Positions 39,961-52,250 of a stretch of 64,000 nucleotides of DNA are shown here, piece by piece (within the stretch, counting starts at the first letter, position 1; the number at the start of each line of letters is the position of its first letter). The notes under the pieces were generated by a model. It saw nothing but the letters and a program-made list of their open reading frames with translations. It was not told the origin of the DNA and ran no database searches. The translations under genes were made by a program, and so were the position numbers. The stretch spans positions 52,826,001-52,890,000 of the forward strand of contig CM097885.1 in the NCBI GenBank assembly GCA_044892525.1, in the 5' to 3' direction. This stretch comes from Schmidtea polychroa (taxonomy: Eukaryota).

Positions 39961-42900
39961 TCAACAATAATAATAATAATAATATCACCAACAATAATAC
40001 TAACAGCACCAATAATAATAATAATGATATAAACGAAATAAATAATCTAAAAGATCAAGTAAATAAATTAAATGAACAAATAAATAATCTAATTAATATG
40101 AATAAAAGAAAAAATAATGAAAAAATAAATTCAATACCAAGTAAAAAATCTAAAGTTATTGATGTAATCACAATAAGTGATGATGATGAAATAATCAACA
40201 TAAGTGATGAGGAAATTGATAATAATAATAATAATAATAGTAGTAGTAGTAATATTTATTATAATAATCGTATTAATAATACTAATCAAATAGGTTATGG
40301 TGTCGTAGATGTCACCAGTGATTTAAATAATAATCATATTATATTAAAAATGGACGTTTCGTCTTTAGATTTAAAAACGGTCTCTGTACCAGAAATTTTA
40401 ATAAATAAATTAAATTTATATGTAAATAAATTAAAATCATGTAAAATTCAATTTTGTCTAAAGGTGGAATTTATAAAAGATGATGAGTTACAATCTTTTG
40501 TAATCTCGAATTCCGCCCGAGTTTGGAGCGATACATTCATTGACGAAGGTATTGCTCGTTTAAATGAAAAAATAATTAAAATTAATGAGAAAGGTAGTAA
40601 TTGGACTATCAATAAAATAGAATACATAAGCTTTGTTCTTACTAAATTTGCTGAAATAAGTCGATTAAGTGGTAGAAGTTTTATTGAAACCCCAAAATCT
40701 TTAAGAAACTTAAGCTGTCTCATTAATGTAGTTAATAATGACCACTTCTGCTTTTTGTATAGTTTCTTGTCAATTATTAAATATGACTGTATAAATAGGC
40801 AATATAGAAATCGCCCTAATTCCTACAATCTTTCTGAAATTAAATTTGATCCTAATGATATGCCGATGAAACTATCAAATATAAGTAAATTTGAACAACA
40901 AAATCCGGGTTATAGTATTAATGTTCTTACTTATAACGAAAAGGCTTTGATTGACATTTCCGATGAAGATGCAGTTATGAAACATCCCTTTATTGATATA
41001 ATATATAGGAGTAAGATAGTAGGAGCCATACCTATCAATTTATTATTAATCGAAAAGAATGATAATTATCATTATCTTGGAATCACAGACCTAAATAGAT
41101 TTCTTAATTGTAGGAATAGTTCAATCACTCCTGTTAGGATTTGTAGTCAGTGGTGCCCTAGATGTTTAAACGGTTTTAGGAATGATGACGCTTTTAATAG
41201 ACATAAGGGTCTTTGCGATAAAAATCAGCTTGGTACTACCTTGTACACATTGCCTAAAAATAAATATTTAGAATTTACTGATTGGAGTAAAACAGTTACT
41301 CCTCCCTTTGTTATTTACGCTGACTTTGAGGCTATCTTACCTAAAGACACTCGCTACTTTCAACGTCATCTGCCTATTTCTGCCGGTATGCTTTTTATTA
41401 ATAATTTCACAGGCGTAAAAATTTATAAGTCGTTCACCGGTTTAGATTGTGTCGATCAATTTCTTACTGAAATTGAAATGATAGGGAAATATATTGTAAC
41501 TCCTTATTATTATAAAAATTATCAAAAGAAAATGATAATTACAGATGAGCAACAATTAATGTTTGAAAACAGCACATCATGTTATTTGTGTAATAAGCCT
41601 TTAGTTAGTCCAGTTAGGGACCATGATCATTTTACCGGTCTATATCTTGGTGCCGCTTGTACAACTTGTAATCTGTCGAGGCAAATTAGACATACCCTTC
41701 CTGTAGTATTTCATAATTTAAAGGGTTATGATCTGCATCATATCTTGAAATTTGGCCCTTCAAAATATCATTCATGGAATATTAGTTGTATTCCTTTAAC
41801 CAGCGAGAAATTCCTTAGTCTTTTTGCTAGGATTGACTCATTAACTGTTAAATTTATAGACTCTTATCAATTTGTCAGCGAGTCTTTAAATAATGCTGTC
41901 AAAACTTTATCATCTTTACCCTTGACCGAATCAGAATTTCAGGGTACAATAATAACTGCAAAGGGAATTTTTCCTTATGATGTCGCAACTTCATTAGAGG
42001 TTTTACATAACACTCATCAGTTACCACCTATTTGGAAAGATGTGACTCCTGCTGAATATGAGACAGCTCAGCGAATTTGGGTTGAAACTTCATGTACTTC
42101 ACTTTTCGATTACATGATGGTTTATTTAAAACTTGATGTTTTCCTTTTAGCCGATTTTTTCCAGCAATTTAGAGCTAAGTCCATTTCTCATAACCGACTA
42201 GAGCCATTAAATTTCTTAGGGATTCCAGGTATGTCTTGGAATTCAGCCTTATTAACTTTAAACTCTCCAATTGAGCTCCTCACCGATATGGAGATGTATA
42301 ACTTTCTCGAGGGCGGTATCCGTGGCGGACTAACTTTTGTAAACAAACATTATGTAAAAACAGACCCGGATACCGCTTTGCTTTACATAGATATAAATAA
42401 TTTATACGGTTGGGCTTTAAGTCAACCATTACCTTGCAGTGACTTTGAATGGGTTACTGATGATAATTTATTAAATAATATAATTGTTGAATGCACAACG
42501 GTAGATTTAGATCTGCTTGATTATGGTTATACCATAGAAGTGGATTTAGAAATACCGACGTCAATTCACGACAAACTGGACGATCTTCCCGTTGCCGCTG
42601 AAAAGATGTGTGTACCGGGTTCGAAAATAGAGAAGCTGTTGCTTACACATAGCCCCAAGAGGAACTACGTTCTTCATTGGAGGCTTCTACAAATATTTAT
42701 TAAATTAGGTGTTAAAATATCAAAAACACATAGAGCAATTAAATTTAAACAAGATAAAATTTTCAAAAATTATATTAACACAAATACGGCGTTACGAGCA
42801 GCGTCGACAAATAAACTCGATAAAAATTTTTATAAATTATTAAACAACAGTCTTTACGGCAAGACTGTTGAACATCTTAAAAAACGTATTAATTTACGTT

Positions 42901-43730
42901 TGTGTAATTCTTCACAGAGATTATTAACATTCTGTTCGAAACCGACTTTTCGTAAATCCACGAAAATCGATGATGACTTGATTTCGGTTTTATTGAGGAA
43001 GGACATAGTGTGTTTGAATAGACCTAGTTACATTGGTCAAACCGTACTTGATTTATCCAAACTCAGGATGTACCAGCTGCAGTATGAAGAGTTGCAAAAA
43101 TATCGCGACGAATTCAACTGCGAAATTAATATCGTTGCTGGAGACACAGATTCCTTCTTCTTGGAAATTAAACATTGTAGTCTTGACATTCTTTTACCTG
43201 CGATGATTAGAGATCAATTATTAGATACTTCGAATTATGACCCAAATCATCCTTTATATAGTAGGAACCTTGATTCTGTCATTGGCAAATTCAAAGACGA
43301 GAATAAAGGGTTATTATATAAAGATTGGGTGTTCTTGAGACCTAAATGTTACAGTTTGATGGGTGATGAGGAAAGTATGAAGGCTAAGGGGATAAGTATG
43401 AAAGATACTGGACTAACACATCAGTCGTATCTAGATTGTTATTTAAATGATAAAATATACACAGTCCCTCAGTTTAGAATAACGTCAAAAAATCACCAAC
43501 TTTTTAGTATTAAAAATAATAAAAGAGCCTTGACGTGTAGAGATGATAAACGAAATTGGGTGGATAAAAATCAAAGTTTGGCATATGGCCATTATAGGGG
43601 CGGTGACACCGATATATTTATAGATTCAACGGAAGCTATCTCAGCAGATGATACAGATGATTTCCATGATACAGATGATTTCCATGATCCAGCAGATGAT
43701 AATTATTTTGGACATGATTATTTTCGATGA
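38525..43730 (+). CDS. pPolB: Protein-primed family B DNA polymerase, ~1452 aa (exons 38525-38582, 38630-38692, 38740-38805, 39559-43730)
   Basis: Exo I YADFE, Exo II FHNLKGYD, Exo III YLKLDV, GIRGG, Pol YIDINNLYG, KLLNNSLYGK, GDTDS; C2H2 finger CPRC..HKGLC; HNH/EndoVII-like insert CYLC..RDHDHFTG..ACTTCN; three phase-1 GT-AG introns supply the missing ATG. Confidence 0.95.
38855..39385 (+). repeat. (AAT)n tract followed by a tandem array of atgaaaagaagattta units, inside pPolB intron 3
   Basis: Roughly 17-20 copies of aaaagaagat(t)t with variable tatt spacers. Confidence 0.9.
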
Positions 43731-44000
43731 TGTGTTTAAATTATTTAATAAATGTATTGATTTTATTATCTTGATTATTTTTAACAGTAACTTTGTGAAC
43801 AATTTTTATACATTGTAATAATAATAATATGTTAAAGTTTTGTTAGTTACCTTTACTCAGTGTGTTAATAAATTTTAGTGTATATTTAAAGTATAATTTC
43901 TTTGTTAATGTCTTGAATATTTTTTAGCAGTACATTTGTAACCTTTACCTTTGTGACCTTTGTGAGCAGTACCCATAATAATAATATTAATAATAATAAT

Positions 44001-44046
<46 letters not shown>

Positions 44047-44059
44047 TATGTTTTATTAC

Positions 44060-44154
44060 ATTGCTAATTATTATAACGAGTGTGTGCTAACACAATACCT
44101 TAATTTTATAATATTCGACTATGTTTTTTGTTAACCATGATTTGTGATAGAAAT

Positions 44155-44247
<93 letters not shown>

Positions 44248-44958
44248 TATGTTTTATTACATTGTTTATTAATACCCTTGCGAGTTGTTGAGCGTGACCA
44301 GTACCCTTGTGAGCAGTACCCATAGGGGGACAGAATATTTTGTCGGATAGACTCGGAGTATATAGATTAATAATATATCAATGAGAACACTAACTTGTTG
44401 CGTGTGTGTAAATAATATTTTTATACATTGTGTGTGTGTGACCATAGGGGAACAGAATATTTTGTCGGATAGACTCGGAGTATATAGATTATTAATATAT
44501 CAATGAGAACACTAACTTGTTGCGTGTGTGTAAATAATATTTTTATACATTGTGTGTGTGTGACCATAGGGGAACAGAATATTTTGTCGGATAGACTCGG
44601 AGTATATAGATTATTAATATATCAATGAGAACACTATCTTGTTGCGTGTGTGTAAATAATATTTTTATACATTGTGTGTGTGTGTGTGACCATAGGGGAA
44701 CAGAATATTTTGTCGGGTAGACTATATTGTGTGTGTGTAATAATAATTTTATTTTATTAAACTTTTATCAATAAGTTTTTAAAATATCGCAACGTAATAT
44801 AAATTTTAAAATACCGCAACGTAATATAAATTTTAAAATACCGCAACGTAATATAAATTAAAAAAAGCCCCCTCCCCGGGGGTATGACGTCATATGTCTT
44901 TGTGACGTCATCTATGACGTCATATGTCTTTGTTCCCGGGTCCACACAATACCCTACT
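44060..44958 (-). repeat. Polinton right terminal inverted repeat, with three ~120-bp tandem units (~44320-44720)
   Basis: Reverse complement of the left TIR, with extra copies of the ccataggggaacagaatattttgtcggatagactcggag unit. Confidence 0.93.
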
Positions 44959-47475
44959 AATAACAATTCAACAGCTGTTGAAAACAATGATGAACAAGAA
45001 GTTCAATGTCCACCCGAAAAAAAGAAGAGGTCAAGTTTTGTTCGCAAATACAATATTACTTTTTTAAGATTTGGATTTATTTCTTGGCCTGGATCAGATG
45101 CAAGTTGTCCCAAGCCACAATGTATCATTTGTGGGGAAGTGCTGACCAATGAAAGCATGAAAGCAAATAATTTTTCACGACATTTGAACTCAAAACACAA
45201 AGAATTGGAATCAAAACCAATTGATTTCTTAGAGAGAAAAGCTTCTGAAATAAAAAGCCAAAAAAATTCATTTCAAAAGTCCCTTTTAGCCAACAAATCA
45301 CTTTAAAAGGCTTCTTATTTGTTTGCTTTTTGAATTGCCGAATGTAAAAAACCATTTTCAATTGCTGAAAAACTAATAAAACCATGCTTGGTGGATGTTT
45401 GTTCAGAGATTTTGGGTTTAAAAGCTGGTGACAAAATGAAGGCCATTCCTTTATCCAATGACACAATTGGAAGAAGGATTGAGGAATTATCGGCAGATAT
45501 TGAAGATCAACTCATTGAAAAGGTCAAGAAGTCAGAGTCATTTGCAATCCAAATGGATGAGTCAACAAATGTTGCAAACAAAGCAGTTCTTTTATGTCAT
45601 GTTAGATATGTTGATTATGACAGCAGTGACCTCAGAGAAGACCTTTTGTGTTGCATTGAGATTCCCTCTTACACAACCAGTTCAGAAATCTTTCGCATCA
45701 TTGATGAATATGTCAAAAAAATTCTTTGAACTGGAAATTGTGCATTGGATTGTGTACAGATGGTGCAGCAAACATGGTTGGCAGACTTTCAGGTGTAAGA
45801 ACAAGAATCCAAGAAGTTGCTGGTGATACATTTAAATTTACTCACTGTGTTATTAACCGTGAGCATTTAGCAGCAAAAAAATGTCTCCCGAATTACATGA
45901 AGTTCTTTCAGTTTCAATTCAGATTGTTAATTTTATCAAGAGCAACGCACTCAATTCCCGATTGTTCACAATTCTATGTGATGAAATGGATTCAGGAAAT
46001 TCACAGTTGCTACTTCACGCTGAAGTGCGCTGGCTTTCTAGAGGGAGAGTTCTTACAAAGCTCTACGAGTTGCGAGATGAGGTGAAAATCTTTTTAAGTC
46101 AAAAAAAATTCAGATCATGACAAACATTTCTTTGATGAAGAATGGATTGCAAAACTTGCTTATTTATCAGACTTCTTTTCTCTGATAAATCAGCTGAATC
46201 TGAGTCTACAAGGTCCAATGACAACTGTCTTCAATGTCTGGAATAAAATTGATGCTTTTAAGAAAAAATAAAAACTTGGTTAAACCGCACACAAGAGCAG
46301 AATTATGAAATGTTTCCTTCATTTAACGATTTCACAGAATCTTTTGACTTGAATTTGGATAATGTTGTTTCTTGTATTACTCATCATTTAGAAGTGCTTG
46401 CTCAAATGTTTGACAGCTACTATCCACCTAATGACGATGTTCGATTTGGAAACATGTGGATATCCAATCCATTTCTTGATCACCAATAAAACAACCTTTC
46501 AAACACAGAAGCAGAAAAATTGATTGAGTTATCATCAGATATGGGATTGAAATCAATGTTTAGCTCAATGAGAATTACACAGTGTTGGATAAAAGTCAAG
46601 GAGGAATATCCAGCCCTCAGCAAAATTGCCATTCACATTTTATTACCCTTTTCTACAACTTACTTGTGTGAATCAGCATTTTCAGCAATGTCAATTATTA
46701 AAACGAAGCAAAGAAACAGGTTATTTACTGGCCCTGCTTTGCGACTTGCTACTACTTCTTTAAAACCAAGAATAGACAAACTGGTACGAGAGAAAGAGCA
46801 ACAACAATCACATTAATTTATAAAATTATGTTTCTAATTGTTTTGATTTCGTTATTGTTGATCCTTTTATAATAAATATTTTGTTCATCTGTTAACTTTT
46901 TTTTAAATTATTAATTTTATTAGATTGTAAAGTCAAACTGAATTTACGGGTCGTGAAAAGAAATTGAGATTATTTACGGCCCGTACTGCTTTTTGGGTTG
47001 AGAAACACTGTGTTAGATGGTTAAGCCGGAAAAATTTTCTACAGCTATTTAGGGATCTAATAAATGCAATTAAACGTTTTCTTAGCTAGGGGGCGACGAT
47101 TACAAACAGTTAAATGACGATATTTGGTTATCGGAATTTTCATTTTTAACCGATATAATATAGCCGATTTTTCATATGATTAGTGTTGCAAACACCTTCG
47201 AATAGAAACTAAATTTGCTTGTATAACATATTGGAAATCAAAATTTATCTAATTATCCAAAGAAAGTTTGGCTAAAGAAAGGTTCTGCTTCAACTAATTA
47301 TGATGGAAATAAATATATCAAAGAAAATAAAAACGTCATTGAAGAATTTGAAAACCATTTTCAAGGTTTTAAAAAAACGTGAAGGTGTAATTTTATTCAC
47401 GAGTTTCCCATTTGATAGAATATTAAAGCAGAGACATGTAGAATGGATTTCAAATATTTTTTATATGGATAAAAT

Positions 47476-47850
47476 CAGGGCCGTAACAAGGCATTATTGC
47501 GCCCTGTGCAGTTCAGCACGCAAATTCAAAACAAGCCTACTATAAAAAGTCTTCAAATATATAAAGTCTTCTCGTCGAGAACAATATGTCCACTGCGATT
47601 TGCATAATAACGTCAGGGTGGCGATTTTACAAAATACACACCTAATGCACGCTAATGAACCAGTCCAACCAGTAATGGTATAGATAAGATAGGCTAGCTG
47701 GAGTCGCTTTTCGTGCATGACATGTGATAATTTTTTTAATTATTCATATATTTTGGTAACACTAAAAAAAGTTTACATCCAATTTTGCGCCACTTTCAGA
47801 TGTGCGCTCTGTGCGACTGCACCGCTTGCACCACCCTTGTTACGGGCCTG
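47476..47850. mobile_element. 375-bp hAT-type MITE
   Basis: TIRs cagggccgtaacaagg / ccttgttacgggcctg (15/16); 8-bp TSD GATAAAAT at 47468-47475 and 47851-47858. Confidence 0.92.
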
Positions 47851-48476
47851 GATAAAATGACACTTGAAGCAGAAATTATTACATTAAAAAATGATATTTA
47901 AATTAAAGCAAAGGCTTCTGAAGAGAAATTTTGGAAATATTTATCGCAATTGGAAAAAAATGTGCGAATCTGCATTTTTCCAAATGAAAATAATAAAGTC
48001 AACATGCCACATATAGAATCCTGTTTGAGAATTGGACTGATTAATTACTCCCCAAATTACTCAAAAATTATAGATACGATGTAATTTAGATCCAGTAATG
48101 AAGTAAGCTCAAAACATTAGCAGACTTTGATGTTATATCATATTTTTGTAAAAAATATATAAAGTTGTGAATGTTTTAATTATTGCAGTTAGAAAATATT
48201 GTCGACCCAATTTTATTTTATTAAAGCCTGGAGAAATCTTAAAAACCCTGTAAAATTTGTATTTTAAAATAATACCTACCTTAAGGAGTACTTTTTCAAA
48301 AAGGAAATCGCAGAGCACTTTCACTGTTGTAAAGTAGATCTTATGGAAAAATCTATTGACACCTCTGAAATAAAAAGTCCCAAATAAAATATTTTTTATT
48401 TATTGATCATATTTATTTTACACATTTTTACCATTTTAACTATGTTATTTGGAATTTTTAAAACAATATATTTTAG

Positions 48477-48614
48477 AAAGGTCAAGATCAAATTCATTTT
48501 GCAATCAATATGACAAAATCAAGGACAGCAAAAGATGCTTTAATTATTTGTACAGATCGAGAGACTTTAGTTCAGAAACCTATGCGTACGAGAACAAAAA
48601 TTTATACTTTTTAA
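48477..48614 (+). CDS. Host claudin/PMP22-like gene, coding exon 2
   Basis: ttttag|..|gtaatt, 138 nt, phase 1-1; ERSRSNSFCNQYDKIKDSKRCFNYLYR...YFL supplies the downstream extracellular Cys. Confidence 0.75.
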   Translation, partial: KGQDQIHFAINMTKSRTAKDALIICTDRETLVQKPMRTRTKIYTF

Positions 48615-51131
48615 GTAATTTATTTAATTTTATTAAAAATAAATATAAAATATTACTCTAAAAATGATTTAGTTTTAATAGATACCAATTTATATTTAAC
48701 ATTTTATGAGGATAATTTCGGAATTTGTCAGGTTTGTATAAATTATCAGAAGAATGTATTCTATGCAATTATTTTTCTTTGCAATAAAATTATTCGGCAG
48801 TCTTTATCAAGTGTTATTTAATTGCATTATAAAAACACATTACAAAAGCAGTGCCGAAATTTTGTGTTATAAAGAAAACCAACTTTTGATCTTTGTAATA
48901 ATACAAATAAATAAAATATAAAAATATTTGATGAATAAACTAAAATTAAATTATAATAAAAAACTTATCAATATTTTCATAAAATCAAAATATAATTGTC
49001 CATAAAAAATCGTTTTTATGCTTTGAAATGCAATCGAATGTAATTGAGTCTCAGGTTAGCTTTAATTACAATAAAAACGAGGGAAAACGTGAAAATCATG
49101 GTATAAAAATTCTCAACGAGAAAAAGATACACACATACACGCATACACACAAACATGGCATCCTAACAAAAATAGTTATTACTGCATAAAAAATCAATAA
49201 CATCTCTCCAATGAATTAATCATGCCTGGCTATTGAAAATTGTTTAAACAATCTCATATTTCTGGATGACAGTCATTTATATATTTGATTGCTGCGACAC
49301 TGCTGACAAGGGAGATAAATTCTCGTTCAATTAGTTAATTGGTTGAAAGGAGTAGTTGCGAATTTAAGCAGTCAATGAAATAATATAATAATAAAATGAT
49401 GGTTAATTGTTATCGCAGACTCCGATCCATCACTGCGATCGTGGATTAGCAATTAGATATTGCTTTCAGGTAACAAATAATAAAGTTCAGATCCATTAGA
49501 TGCATTCTTACAAGAAATATTATAAAACATTTTGAAAGTATCATTGGTTTCAGTTTTCATATACATCTCTTCAAAGAAGAACAAAGGTGAGCAAATAATG
49601 AAATCGTTATGTTCAATAATCTTTGATCTTTTCCAATCGTTAAAATCTTCATATTCCAAATTTCGTTTGGTCATTTCCTCTTCAACAACTTCGAACAATT
49701 CAAAATCACAAATGTCCAAAAACTTTTATTTTCAAAATACAATAATTCAAAAAAAAATCACCTTTTAAACAACTGAAAATCCAATAACATTTATAAATCC
49801 AAAATTCGAATCCAAATTACTTAACATAAATAAATTCCAAAAAAAACATTGTTCGTGTCTGTTTGCGCACACATTATAAATCCAAACCAACGTGCACACA
49901 GACGCGACCATTAAACACCGGGTTGACCAGTAACATAAATTTTATGTTAAACAAGTAAATGATAAGATAAGCATTTTCTGCAATATGAGTCGTTTATTAT
50001 GACATTGACTTAAGCACATTTATGCTAAGGAATAAAAAGTTTTTTATGGTAATAGTAATTTGCAAAAGTAATTGTATTTTCTCAAAATTTTAACAATCTA
50101 TCATATTGATTGAGGATTGGGTTATTATTGATTAGTTATACTTTGAAACAGAAAATGTATGTCTTTCACAAGAACATTTGTATGTCAACAGTGAAGTTAT
50201 TTGAAATTTGCACATACTCATTTATAATCAAATGTAAGAATTAGGAATCATTTTCAACGAAATATGTAATAATAAATACAAACAGAACTTTGTAGTTATT
50301 CAACATACATTGATAAATGAATGACAACTCATACGTCTATAAACTTTTATTTCCTTTAGACCATATAGACAAAAAATAGCTATCACATGTACAATATCAA
50401 TGGCAAATTAAATGAATCATTTCTATCAACCGAAAATACTTATACTTAAAAATAAGTGTTTTGGTCAAAAGTAACAATATTTTTACAATTTAAACGTACA
50501 TAAATTTTTAATGTACTTACATCTGTTAATATGTTTCATATAGAATTGACAATTTTTTGTCAGTTTTTAGATCAAAATTATTTTTAATAAATTAAGTCAA
50601 AAGTTATATTTTTCATTAATTTTTACATTTTTTAAAAGTTTTTTTAAATACTATTAAATAATATTAATAATGTTTTATGAAATTAAACTTATGCATTAAT
50701 TTTGAATTTCTGGTCATTTATGATTAATTTTCGCAAACGTTATGATTTATTAAATGTTTATTTAAATACATATTTTTAAATCAATTCTAAAATGTTTTCA
50801 TTCAAATAATTTCGGGTTTTAATTTTCTCCATGTTCCGTGACTTCGATCAAAATTTTTAACCATTTTTTAAATACTTAAAAATAATATTACTTTTATTAA
50901 TTAAATTGTTCGATGCTTTTCTTCTGCATTTTTCATAATCTATCATTATATTACAAATTTCTATAAATGTTTTAAATTATAAATTTTTAAAATAAATTAT
51001 AATTTATATTGTGACTCTTTTTTTTCAAATTTTATGGAAGTAAACTTCTAAAAACTGTTAGGATTCGTTTTAATTTTAGATATTAATAAATTCAAAGTCG
51101 TGAATAATTTGATATTTGCATTATATATTAT

Positions 51132-52089
51132 TGTTGAGGATACCTAAATGATAAATAACATAATAAATAAATTACATGGGGAAGATGGTCATCACAAATG
51201 GGAAGATCTATGGGAACTCAGAAAAGAAACGGAAGTAAAAAGAAATTAGAAATGAGAAAGATAAATCAAAGAAAAGAAAACAAAAAAGAAATTAAAACGA
51301 AGGTCATTGTTAATTAAGAAGTACAAATGAAAGTGGAATTTCAAATTCCAGAAAAACAAAATATGGGAAAAGCCGTATCTTAACAGCTTGTCAAAGATAG
51401 CGGGATTGCCGGGAGAAGGCGGCTTAACAAAAAAGGGAACAGGAAAAATATCTCGACATCTGTCAGAGATAAGGCTGACGTAGCGGGGAACACAGAAAAA
51501 AATGAAAATGGGAAAACAAAATCTGTCACCAGTACCACAAATAAAATTACTATATAAATGGAAACTGGTGGACACAAATTCAGACAAAAATTAGAGACAG
51601 ATTGGGAGACAGACTCGGGAGATAAAATTATTGGGAAAAATTAGACAACGTTGGACAAAACGTTATTGGAGGAACGATTTGTGAAAAATAATTGTAAAGC
51701 AAACGATTGTGAAGAATAATGATTGGAGAAGACTTGAAGAAGAGAATTAGTTCAAAAATAGAACGAAAAGAAGTTACTTGAGTATTTGAATAAATTTGTG
51801 AAGAAGGTCAAAGAAAACAAGCAGCTCAAAGTCCCAGTTGATAAACCAATCAGTGAAATATAATCTTTTAATCCGGTGTTATACGCAAGTGCTAATCCTC
51901 ACTGAGTATTGTAATAAGCATTGTATAGTCACCAAGTAGAGTGTTGAATTGGTTGTTAGTGTAAAGTGAAGGTTTATTTGTGATTATCAATAAAGATTTC
52001 TGTTGTCAAGTGTTATTTGTGGATCGGTCAAAGACACGCTTGGAGTCAGAGTAAACATTTAAATTTATCACCAACTCTATAACCCAACA
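51132..52089. mobile_element. Solo LTR (958 bp)
   Basis: TGTTG...CAACA termini, 4-bp TSD TTAT, homologous end to end with 52363-53306. Confidence 0.85.
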
Positions 52090-52250
52090 TTATTTAAACA
52101 AAGTATTTTCGTAATTCATTTTTGGGGAATTAATTCAAATCCAAATGATATTTAGAACTATTTCAACATTCAATTTCAACATACCACAACATTCAAATAA
52201 TAAAATATAAATGCTATAAATATGAATGGTTTATATAAATACATCTTACA

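Larger units (their letters stand above)
29149..44958 (+). mobile_element. Full-length Polinton/Maverick (polintovirus), 15,810 bp
   Basis: Termini agtagggtattgtgtggacccgggaacaaagac are exact inverted copies; 6-bp TSD AATAAC (29143-29148, 44959-44964); complete core gene set. Confidence 0.98.
29089..46816 (+). pseudogene. Buster-type hAT transposase: first 20 codons at 29089-29148, remainder 44965-46816 with stops and frameshifts
   Basis: MKRKERQATLNNFVIKVNNN joins in frame to NSTAVENN...PQCIICGEVL..RHLNSKH (BED finger), IQMDEST, CTDGAANM, HCVINRE, EVRWLSRG, PFSTTYLCESAFS. Confidence 0.92.
28921..47010 (+). mobile_element. Buster/Charlie-type hAT transposon (~2.3 kb) split by the Polinton
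   Basis: TIRs cagcgattctcaacc / ggttgagaaacactg; 8-bp TSD TGTTAGAT (central TA) at 28913-28920 and 47011-47018. Confidence 0.93.
25860..48120 (+). mobile_element. Old hAT transposon (GTF2IRD2/SPIN-like transposase pseudogene) interrupted by a MULE, a Buster hAT (+Polinton) and a MITE; ends not resolved
   Basis: SLPLDESAGDVDISQMIVFIR (~26345), VSITTDEAPAMT (~26540), YHCII (~26638); LMHTDVR|WLSR rejoins across 28900-28920 and 47019 once the inner element and one TSD copy are removed. Confidence 0.75.

Noticed and set aside
30015..40723. Antisense ORFs inside Polinton genes (30015, 31815, 33240, 33876, 35443, 39764, 40448)
   Set aside because: Shadow frames of real genes with no independent motifs.
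44884..44964. N-terminus MTSYVFVTSSMTSYVFVPG of ORF 44884..45306
   Set aside because: TIR sequence read by chance into the hAT frame; the real N-terminus is at 29089-29148.
49453..49719. 88-aa acidic ORF
   Set aside because: No recognisable motif or element boundaries; possibly a TE fragment.
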